A stretch of DNA of 63,167 bases, the filler included, from Folioceros fuciformis (Eukaryota), in the NCBI GenBank assembly GCA_049999805.1. It is 8 parts of 8 records of this genome, joined end to end, with 100 filler letters (N's around TTAATTAATTAA, not from the genome) between each part and the next. Parts side by side here need not be neighbours in the genome. Positions count along the whole stretch, not along the records: positions 42,945 to 50,542 come from JBNGIO010006021.1; positions 50,643 to 58,519 come from JBNGIO010006022.1; 6 more parts are not named here. One strand, 5' to 3'. Made by a program: the position numbers and the translations under genes. A model generated the notes under the pieces. The model worked only from the letters and a program-made list of their open reading frames with translations. It was not told the origin of the DNA and did not search any database. Of this stretch, positions 47,701 to 58,619 are shown in pieces; position 1 is the first letter of the stretch; every line of letters starts with the position of its first letter.

Positions 47701-50542
47701 GAGATAATTAAGTATCAATTATTCATTGTGTGATACTTAGATAAGACAAACCCTAAACGTGACGGTATTTTTGTTACAACCGTTCACAAGACATGGATAT
47801 ATCGGAGTTGGTCTTCGAACGTGTATTCGATGTGATCGAGTATAGTAGCTCTTGTGTAAATCCATGAAACTTTACATGGTATCAGAGCTTGAGTTGCTTT
47901 TCTGGGATTTCCACTGCCAAAGTGTGACTTGAATTGCTTGCCATGAACACAAGCAACGCAGAGTTCCAGGTCAGGTAAGTCACTGTCAGTGAACCCAGTG
48001 ACCATCTTCTCCTTCAGCAATCGCCTCATTGCTTTTATATTTGGATGCCCAAGTCTGCAATGCCACTTGAATGCATTGCTAACTGAAAGCTTGGCATCAG
48101 CCATATGTGCTTGTGCAGGATACTTGTCAGGAACGAAGTCTAGGAGATACAAGTCATAAAGAGGCTTGCCACGTGCAAGCACTGCTGAGTCTGAAAGACG
48201 TGAGATCACACACTCCACTCCTTCAAACGTTATTCTGTACAGACCTGTCTTGCCAAGTGCCATCGTGCTCACCAAGTTTTTAGCAAGCTGAGGTACATGC
48301 AAAGCCATCTCCAAGTGTAAAGTTCCCCCTGATAGGTACACCTCTACTGTACCATAACCCTTAATTGGGATTTCAGAGTTGTCTCCTAAAGACACCGTGG
48401 ACTTGTGACATTGTGGTGTTAGATTATATGTCACAAAATGCTTCGTTTGAGCACACATATGATTGCATGCTCCGCTGTCCAGAAACCATTGATGAGCAGC
48501 TGAACGAGAAACAAAACTCAGGCAAGCAACCAGCAACCCCGGTGTGGAGCCTCTGGCTGTATTCCCTTCAGCATGTTTTCCTTTTCCTTTCTTTTTCTGC
48601 AGTCCTTGACCTAGTGACCTGGAATATCACAGTAATTGCATCTTCCAGGTTTCTTCCCACCTTGAGAACCAGAAGCAGCATTCCCAAAATTGGATGGCTG
48701 CTGATGAAAGGACTGGCCACCTCGACCATGTCCATCTCTTCCGCGTCCTCGACCCCTGCCACGTCCTCTCCCTCTGTCGGAGAAGAGTGCAGTGTCACTT
48801 TGCTTGTGACAATTTCCAGAACTGGATCCACCTCTCATGTGCTTTCTATTTGCTTCAGCTTGTAGAAGAGCAGCAACTAACTTCTGGACAGTGAGATTGG
48901 TTACTGCAGGTGTGGTTGCTGTTGTTGGCGTTACAGTTGCCGTGGCCTGAATGCTGGAGCTCCACTGTTCGTAACTGGGAGGAAGACTCATTAAGAACAA
49001 CACTGCTGCTCTTCCTTCTGAGAAGATTACTCCACAAGAAGCAAGCCTAGCACGGGCTGCTCGCCATTTAGCCACATGGCTCTCGATAGAATCAGTTTCC
49101 TTCATCCTTAGGTTGTTGAAATGTCGAGTAGCAGCAGCCTCATTAATTACGTCCTTTGCCTCATATGTGTCAGAAAGCAAGGACCAAACTTCATGCGCAT
49201 GCTTGGTTGATCTGATATGTGGAATCATTTCTTGTGATACAGATCCCACAAGAATTGTTCGAGCCTTTCGATCCTTATGATCCCACTCCAGTTGTTCTTT
49301 CATGGTCCACAGCTTCTTATTAATGCCACCTAGTGTAAGAGAGCCAGAGTCCTCTCCAGCAATTCGCTGAGGTATAGTTCCATCTGTGACATCCATTAAA
49401 AGTTTCTCCTCTAGTATACACTTCACCCTAAATGACCAGGCATCATAATTGGTCGAGGTGAGTCGATCCTTGTCTTGCAGTCTATCAGAAACAGTGTCTG
49501 AAGGCTGAGCCATAATGCTTGAATTTATGAAGGTTAAGAGGAGGGGGAAACACTCAGGGTAGCGAGGGCATCCCTGAGACTGTTGATGTCACGAACGTGT
49601 TTCTTCACCTCTAATTCTACACTTACTGCAGACACTAGAGAGGACTCAAGCTTCTTTTCCAGAGTATCCAAGCGCATGGTTAGGGACCTGGTGAGGGCAT
49701 CTAAGCGACTTGAGATTGAGAGGGATGATGTTTTCAATGTGAGCATAGAATCTAGAAGAACGTGATAATTTCTGAAATCATCAGCGCTGCGATTAGGGTT
49801 GCAGGCATTACAAAAATCAGATGAGTCAAGGACAGACTGGATGAGCCCAGTAGACCTGCAAATGTGTGTTTGCGCAAGATTCTATGAGCCAAAAGAAATA
49901 GGGTGATAGGATCTGACAAACGAATTCAGGAACCTGAGGAACCTGGCCCGCTCTTCTTCTTGTTGATGGTTTTGAGACTTCTTGAAATAGAGATGCTCAA
50001 AGTCTTCAACAAACCGCTGCGCATCTGATTTTAGAAACGGCCTAGATCTGCTGCTCTCAGCAGCATCTATCCGAAACTTCCTGCCTACATCCTTTCGAGG
50101 CATAGTGCCTACGGCGCATCAGGCCATGCCCAACATTCCAAAATTGATCAAATAAGGACCAACAATTTCCATGGATAATTGAGGAAAAGCTAATCAGGAC
50201 TCAAGGAAAACTCGTGGGCATTGGATCGCAACTAGGAGCTCTGATACCATGAAACTTTACATGGTATCAGAGCCTGAAACTCAAACTCTGGACCTAGTCC
50301 ATACAGATATATGCGGACCAATGTCACTGCAATCCTGGGGAGGAGCTCGCTATTTCGTCGTTTTTGAGGACGACAGGTCACATTTTACAGTTACAGAGCT
50401 CTTACGACAGAAGAGCGAAGTGTTTGACAATTTCAAACGCTATCTTGCCTATGCAGAAAGGCAAACAGGCTATAAACTCAAGTGCATAAGATCTGATAAT
50501 GGAAGGGAGTACCTTTCAAATGAGTTCCAGGAGTTTTGTCAA
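47697..50542 (+). mobile_element. Ty1/Copia 5' part (Copia-5) with internal inversion of about 47889-50249
   Basis: Short LTR ending ..CTTTACA at 47876 plus PBS 47877-47888 (+). ORF0, gag and protease lie on the minus strand (50103-47889). Integrase resumes on the plus strand at about 50279 (TQTLDLVHTDICGP..RSDNGREY). Confidence 0.8.
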
Positions 50543-50642
50543 NNNNNNNNNNNNNNNNNNNNNNNNNNNNNNNNNNNNNNNNNNNNTTAATTAATTAANN
50601 NNNNNNNNNNNNNNNNNNNNNNNNNNNNNNNNNNNNNNNNNN

Positions 50643-51283
50643 GGCCTGCCACAACCCGCTGGAGCGGCCTGCCCCCAACTGGGGCCTCCCCTGCTAGCCA
50701 GGCCCTCGCTTGGCTCTAGGATCGGCCAGCCATCACGGCCGGATCCAGCTCCGCCCCTGGCTGACCCACCTAGGACTGTCTGTCGATCTGGCCTCCTGGC
50801 CGGCTAGATCTGCCAGCCCACCCTCCTGGCAGCCTACTGCCGGCCGCTTGCCCAAAGGCGGCAACCTGGGGCCGCAACCTGGCTCCTGCCTTCTGAATCC
50901 GGCCAGATCTAGGCCACCGCCCTATCCCGCCGGTCTGCTAATTTGGCCACCTGTGCTCTGGTGATCCCTATCCACCTGACGCACCAGGGCCGCGTCCCGA
51001 CACCTCCATCTCTGTCCCCAACTTCCACCAGCGACAGCCAGAGGACCCCCCAGCTCGCTTTCCACGACGTCCCAGGTTTCCTATTCCTCCGTTACCTTAC
51101 CCCGAGGAACCAGAGCCCGTGTCCCATCCACCACACAACCTACCTACCCTATCGACTCACCATCAATCTAGCTATTATTCTAACCTAACCTTTCAACCTT
51201 TCCTCTACAACACTCACCCACAAATCCAAAAAAAAAAGAAAACCTATCATTTCCCAGGGGTCTGTTCAGCATGTGGAGTCCAC
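50643..51283. mobile_element. Family A repeat end, inserted into a Gypsy gag
   Basis: Matches 18020-18267 and ends GGAGTCCACA at 51283, next to the truncated gag ORF. Confidence 0.7.
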
Positions 51284-51287
51284 ATCT

Positions 51288-51806
51288 TCAATTCCTGCTT
51301 TTCTCCAGGGCAAGATCCATGACTCCTTCCAGAGTCAGATCAGGAGTCTCTTCCATCTTACGGGTGAAAAATTCAAGCCTAAGGCCATGGACAAAGTGCA
51401 GAACGACCTCCCTTTGCCTCTCTCCCTCATACCCTAGCTTCTCATTCAGGATACTTGCTCTATCGATGTAACTAGTCAGAGTTTCATGATCATCTTGATA
51501 CAGGTCAAGAAGTTGTTTGTGACAGTCCCTAAGGAAGGTGGGGCTTCGAAACTTGACAAGGAACGCGCAACAAAGACCAGCCCAATCAAGTTGATCCACA
51601 CCCTTGAGTTTCTCATACCAATCTTCTGCTCGTCCACAGAGCGAGGTGGGAAAATACTTCAGGTACTTCTTTTCAGTTCCCATGATCCTAGATTTCATAG
51701 CATTCTTGAAGTTCAATAAATGCTCATCTGGATCATCAGCTGGGGTCCCAAAGAAGGTGGGTAGGGTGGGCATTTTGCCAAAGCGCCTGTCCATCGATGT
51801 AGACAT
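51288..51806 (-). pseudogene. Ty3/Gypsy retrotransposon gag fragment
   Basis: LPTFFGTPADDPDEHLLNF..FPTSLCGRAEDWYEKL..WAGLCCAFLVKF..LLDLYQ..ETLTSYIDR..HFVHGL. Confidence 0.8.
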
Positions 51807-53696
51807 CCTCTAATCTTGCTAGCAAGGTGCTATAGATGCCTACAATGTTGGAAAGCTTGACTGTGAGAGGTTGACTCTTCTAATCTGTCACGCAATCACA
51901 ATATATACTAGGTACGAGGGTTCAGACTCTTCTGCACTATACTGGGTTCACTGCTTGCAACAACCATCCATGCATATGCACTGTTTTCGACTTACTGTTT
52001 TTTTTTTCTTACTGGTTCTTGTTGATGTCGTGATATGCGTGATCTTGCTCGGGAGTTGGGGAGGATCATAGGTCCAAAGACACGTTCGGTGCCCAAGCCA
52101 CTGCAGCAAGTCCCGCTGGGGGTGCCAAGCTGTGGGATACTGGTTACGTTGTTAGCTAGGGGTACACCTCCGGAGATGCCTGTAAAAGGGCGGACATCTA
52201 CTAGGCATATGCCATTCCACATGTCAGTGATGAGCTATGCCTTCCTAGATCTATAGTCCCCCTACACAGACTAGCAATCAGCACTTCTAAATGCATAAAG
52301 TCCCAGGTCAGTAATGATGTTACTTGATCGCTTTCCCGCACTTGTGATGTTGTGGCTAGGAACTCGTGGTGGGGTTGGTACGGTGGGGCGCCTTTCAGTT
52401 GCTGACGTTGTATCACTCCCTTGATCCTTCAAGTCCCATAGCCACAATGCAGTATCACGTGGTGCACTGAAAACGGATTACACGCATCGTTGAGTCAACG
52501 AGACAAAGGCTGCTAGACTGACTCCAAAGCACAATCCATAGTTGTAGATTACAGCTGATGGTACAACAGGATCTAGCAGCAGAGACAGGCGTATAGGCCC
52601 TCTGCTTGGCCATGGCTACAAAGTCCAAGGCTTTATACCACATCTCGCTAGTCTAGATATTCCACTGAAAAGCTTTGGAAACCCCTCTCCTCCTCTCAGT
52701 ACAAAATATCTTACTATCTGCTCTTTGTGGCTCCTAAGGTCTTCCTTCCTGATCCCCCCCCTTGCATCGCTGGATGGGCATCTAGCATCCTTCCCTTGGT
52801 GGCTTTTCCTTCAGCTGGCACACCCACGGCCATGCACCAGGCCTCGCTATCCCCCTGATCTGTTGCTAAGGTTGGATGGATGTCTTCCATACTGTGGTGT
52901 CTTGGATCTTCAGTGGAAGAATCATATCTCTCTATTTTCTGTTCGTTTCCCTGCCGACACTCACTTCAAACAACCTAGCAAAGGATTTTACTAGCTTGTT
53001 TGTCTCACCATCTTCCTCACCACTCTCCCGCTCTTAACGAATGCTCCGCTCAAATTGCCCATGATGTTTCACACTCGTTGGTCCATCTCCAGAAAGGAAG
53101 ATCCTTTCGTAGCATGGTGTGAAGGGCGACACTAGCTCCTACCACTTCCCATACTCCTGACTCCGACCTGAGTTCCTCAAAGATGATAGCAATACAATCA
53201 ACTCACCATGATTAGTAGGCCGAGTGTCTAGACAAGGGCTATTACTAACCAACCCTAGGGTTTCTAACCTCGTAGAGACTTAATGGAGCCACAAGTGGTT
53301 CCTCATTGCGTCGAAGCTCTCATTGCAAGCCTTCGTCCATTCGAAGCTGCAAGACTGGGCTAAAGATATCAGAGGTGGCCTAAGTTCCTCCATGCTTTCT
53401 ATACGACACCAACAGTGGTGCCTTTCGCAATAACGAACCCACAAATCCACCTCCTTCCTAGTTCTAGGTCTTTGCAGGGCCTGTGGGTCATAAGGGATCC
53501 ACAGCACGCCTGAAGTCATCATTTAGCCTCACCGCCTCTCTTCTATGAGGGCCCCTCAATGTGGCCGCCTTCTCTATGCCCTTACCAACAACCTAAATAG
53601 TAGCCCTATCCTAAAAATATACCAAATGCTCACAACCACACAATCCTACCTAACTTATCAAATCATAATAACGTAGACACCCTCAAGGTTAGATGC

Positions 53697-56600
53697 ACTC
53701 CCCCCTCCCTCTAGTCACAGACTTCATAACCTTCTTCCCTCCATCTCCTGCATATAATCTCAAGGAGCAAGGTCAGATGCCTTATCTGGTTAGACGGGAG
53801 CATCTACCTACTTAACTCAGGCAAAGAACTTCTTCAGGTAGCTAAGACTCACTACCTCCTCCTAAGTCGCGAAATCTGGTGGTAAGAGTATCTTGGCAGC
53901 ACCCTTAGCGAAGATCTCCTGTAGTAAGAAGGGTCCTTCCCATCGTGGCTTCAACTTATACCCTGGCTCCTTCTTCATGTAACTCCGGACGTTAAGTTTC
54001 AGAACCCAATCTCCAGGTTCTAATGTGGACATCTTCCTCCCTTCATCCAGGACCTCTTTCCGTCTCTTCTTACTGTGTTCTTCCCTTTGGAAGGCCACCC
54101 TTCTCACCTCCTCTAGCTCATTCAGCTCAAGCGCCCGCTCCTCAGGTTACACTCCTCTAGCAATGATGGCGCTTGTGATCCCGAATCCAACAGTGGTTGT
54201 CTCCACTTGCGAAGGTACTTTGGCTGGTGCTCCATACACCAGATCAAATGGGGATAAACCCGAAATGGCCTTGGTTCGGGTCCTGATAGCCCATAGTGCC
54301 CCAGGAAGGTGGGCATCCCACCTTTGGGGTTCTGCCTCACAGAGCTTAGCCAACACCTTAATAGCTACCTTGTTGGTGCTTTCTACTTGTCCGTTAGTGA
54401 TTGGGTGGTAGGGTGTAGCTAACCTGTGCTTGACTAAGTAGGCTCGGGTCACCCCTTCCATCATGCTGTTAACAAACTCCCATCCTTGATCACTTACTAT
54501 CTCCACTGGGCATCCAAACCTAGTGATCACATTTGAGTATAGGAAATGTCCAGTGAGCTCTCCTGATAATGATGGCAAAGCCTGTGCTTCAATCCACTTT
54601 GTGGCATAATCAGTAGCTGTTATGATATACCTGTCCTCAACCTAAATAGCTAGGGTGGTCAGCTCCCCTTCTCCTTCGAAACATCGGATGTTAAAGACTG
54701 CTGCTTCAGCATAGCTTTCACATCCCTCTCTAGTTTGACCGGGAAAACTAGGGTATCAGTGTGTATATAGTTTACACACCGTAAGAGAGCAGCTGTACCT
54801 TCGATGGCTGTTAAATCTCCTTCAAGCTTCTCTTCCAACATAGGACTTCAGTCCAGCCCAGAGGACTCTTATTGCAAGAAGGTTGTTGGAGAAAATGGTA
54901 ACATGGAGTGCTCCACATCTTGTTGCTTCCGCCATCCCTTCCTTGACAACCTGCATCACCAGCAACTTTGGGTAAGACTTGTTGACTGACTTAGATACCA
55001 AGGCTACCTCCTTATCATCTGGTCCCAGTATCAGGGATGCAAAACCAGCGCCACGGGTTATTGATGAGGCAGTATCCACTTGAATATGCCACATCCCTTT
55101 AGCACAGGCTTCAGGGTTTCCAACACAGTAATCAAGAATGGCAGGAGTAATCATCTTATCTGATGTTGGAGCATTCGGTCCAAGCTCATCCCGTAATGCC
55201 TTCTTTGCCAATTCATCTGCTACTATGTTCATGTTCCTAGAAACGTGAGTAAGAGCAAAACCTCCAAACCTTGGGATCATCTTTAGGATCTTGCTATGCA
55301 TTTCCCACTAGATTCTTTGCCCTAACCTCATACTTGCCCAAGAGTTGCTTTACCAGTAGTTGGCTGTCCGAGAAGGCACTGTGGTATTTCACTCCTAGCC
55401 CTAGGGCTTCCTCCAACCCATGCTCCATTGCCTGATATTCAGCCTCATTATTAGTGCTTACATGGACACACTTGCCAATCTTCCAAGCTGGTTCCCCAAC
55501 AGGACCTAGCAAGAAGATTCCTATGCTTGCCCTACCTTGTGAAACTGCTCCATCAATCCACATCTTCCATGTCTCACTGGCGGGGAATTCACCTTCATTT
55601 TTTTGCCAAGGTGGTGGCCAAAATGGGGACTTGTCCTCCTCCTTGGTTGTTGCTCTTCGTTGCCTTGCAGGTGCTTCACATCTTATTGCTTCTGATGGTA
55701 CCACCTATTCCTCTTGTTCAGTGCTTTCCACTGCTTCCGACTTGTAACCATAGAGCCCGGCTTCCATCTCCATGAATCGCAATCCTTTAACCTGTACTTC
55801 AAACTAATATCCAGTCAAGGTGCAAATCCATCTAGCAAATCGGCCAATGGGGTATGGCAAGTTCATGAGGTATCGGATGGGATGTAGCCTAACTAGGAAT
55901 ACAAATTTGTTACCTGTTAGGTAGTGGTGGTACTTTCAGGTTGCTGCCACAATTGCTGCTGCAGTTTTTTCTACATCACTGTACCTTGACTCACAATTAG
56001 TCAGCAAGCGTCCTCCAAAGTACACGGGATGGAAAAGATTAGACATAGCATTCTTCTGGAAAAGGTTATACTCCAACGAGTTTCCTGTGACCTCCAAACT
56101 TACAAAAAACGTAGAATCCCATTGAGGGTTCCTCATCACCTGGTTTGAGGCCATCAAAGCCTTAAGCCCAACAAAAGCCTTATCAACAGCATCATCCCAA
56201 TCCCAACCTTGGGTTTTACGGAACAGCTTGTAGAGAGGAGCTGTTGCGTCAGTGAAGGACGGGACTAGCCGTCGATAATAACTGGCTGCGTGGACAAAGG
56301 ACCTTGCTTCTGTCTGTGAAGCTGGTGGAGGTCTCCTCATGATCTTTTCAACTTTCTTTGGATTAGCCTTGACTCTAGTGCTGTCGACCATAAAGCCCAG
56401 GAGTTTCACAACCCTTGACGCCAAACACACACTTTTATGGGTTAAGACCCAATCTTGCTTTTTGAAGGCAATTGAAGACCAGCTCTAGGTGGGCAAGATG
56501 TTCAGCTCTTTTCCCGTAGATAGCAAAGTCGTCAAGGAAAACTCTATGGTGGTCTGCAATGCTTCAACCATAAACCTCTGAAAGACTGATGGGGCATTAC

Positions 56601-58519
56601 AGAGGCCAAATGGCATTACTTTATACATGAATACTCCCCATGGGGTAACAAACGCAGTCTTGGGTTGATCTTCCTTGGCAATCGCGACTTGGTGGAACCC
56701 ACTGTAACCATCGCAAAAGGAGTACATTTCATGTCTTGCCACCTCATCCAGGGTCTCGTCAGTGAAAGGCAGAGGATACTTGTCCTTCACTGTTGCCTTG
56801 TTCAGTTCTCGAAAGTCCAGACACATATGAATCTTCCCATTCTTCTTCATTGAAATCACAATGGGGGACACCCACTTTGGCTCTTCTACAAGCTCGATGC
56901 AACCGGCTTCTAAGAGCCACTCTACCTCTTCCTTCACCTCCTGCATGTGTCTGGGGGACAACCTTCGTAGCTTTTGCATTTTGGGTTTCGTGTCAGCAGG
57001 GATGTTGATGCAAAACTCCCCCAGGTTGGTGGCTGGCATCTCCGCGTGCTCTGTAATGAAGACATCATGAAATTTGGAAAACAAGGCTTGGTATTGTTTC
57101 AACTCCTCACAATGAAGTTGGGCCCCTACCCTCGCTGTCTTCTCCTTGCCATTAGGGGTTGGAAACTTGAGCTCTTGAGTAGCTGGATATGCCACAGAGA
57201 GCATTGGTTCCACCTTATCCATTGCCATTTTGATTGATAGAGCATGCAACACTTCTGCATCGGAACTGAATGCTTCCGAATCTTGGTCCATGTCGAGCTC
57301 AGAATCATCCTCCTCATATATCGTTGCTTCCCCTTCACTTCCTGTACTCCCTGAATCACTGGTAGTTGTAGACTCGCTCATCTCCACCTCTGCAGGTTTC
57401 CAAGATGGAACCTGGATTCGCTTCTGTGTTGGTCCAATCTCCAAGATACTCGTGTCCCAATCATGACTTCCCTTCACTAGCTCCAATCAGGGCTAACCGA
57501 AGATGATCCCATAAGCATGTTCAGGGAGCTCAACCGCAACGAACCCCATGGATACCTTTACTCCTTCTACTACGACTTTCACTCTGTCTATGATTCCTTT
57601 CACAGGCAGCGGGACGTTAGAAGCATTCTTGAATACCTTCCTACAAGGCCTAGGCTTCGCGTCCTGCACATTGAGTCGAGCAAGCCACTTATCATTCAGA
57701 ATGTTTGTTGAGGCTCTGCCATCCACAATCACGTCGTGGACTTCCCGATCGTTCACCCAAGCCTTGACAGAAGGAGGATCATGTTTTCGCAGCCACCTGC
57801 CTTTCGCTCTTCGATCTCCTACCTTCAGAACTGCAGAAGTCTCGGCAGCTTCTTCCTTTATCTCTCCCACCGCCTTGGCTTTATTTCTTTTTGGTTTTGC
57901 TTCTCGAGTACTTAAAGCAGCAACCATTTCTCTTCGTGCAGATGGAACTATACCGAAGAGTTGTCTAAAGGTCATCTTCACCGGCCTGTCAGCGATGTCG
58001 TCTACTAGGGAATACCTAGGTGTGTCTTTGGCGATTGGTGGTAGCATTGATCCTTTCTTCCTCCTTCGCTTAGGCTTGGCAGAAATAGAGGGATCCTAAG
58101 CATCTTTCATGACCACCTCAGGCCCTGCAAGATCTGCCTCCCGCCGTTGCAGCTTGAACTTCCTCCTCACCTCCTCTTCCTTGTCATCCTCCTCTTTATC
58201 CCTGATCTTCATATCCTCATCTGCAACAATGAAGATGCGAGGGGTGGGAATGCAATCAGAGAACACTCCTCTCATTGTCTCCTCTCCAGACAACTCTTCA
58301 ACCACTGAAACTAATTGCTGGTTGTATCGTGGTTGTACAGGCTTCTTCCTCAGGCCTTGGTTGGCGACGGTTTGCAGAAACTTTGGGCAAGACCAGTCGG
58401 TGTGGCCTGTTTCCCCACACTTGGTGCATGCTCATTTCACACAGTATCCTGTGGTGTGTTCCGAGGTGCCACACTTTTTGCAGGGTGCACGTGCCTTGTC
58501 CTCCTTTGCGTTAAGTGTA
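53697..58519 (-). mobile_element. Ty3/Gypsy (Tat-like, additional RNase H) retrotransposon, decayed
   Basis: Two gag Zn knuckles near 58380-58480, protease VIVDGRASTNIL, RT WVSPIV..CLDFRELN..DGYSGFHQV..VMPFGLCNAP, RNase H PVYFGGR..YSDVEK, extra RNase H WIDGAVS..TNNEAEY..DSQLLVKQ..NIVADELAK, integrase SDQGWEF..NGQVESTN..RWEGPF. Candidate PPT AGAGGGAGGGGGGAG (53712-53698) followed by TG. Confidence 0.9.
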
Positions 58520-58619
58520 NNNNNNNNNNNNNNNNNNNNNNNNNNNNNNNNNNNNNNNNNNNNTTAATTAATTAANNNNNNNNNNNNNNNNNNNNNNNNN
58601 NNNNNNNNNNNNNNNNNNN

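Noticed and set aside
46216-50249. One minus-strand Copia spanning PBS 50249 to LTR 46379
   Set aside because: The LTR sequences at 46379 and 47697-47876 differ, and the reading frame continues KATQ to TLDLVHTD across the inversion, so two elements fit better.
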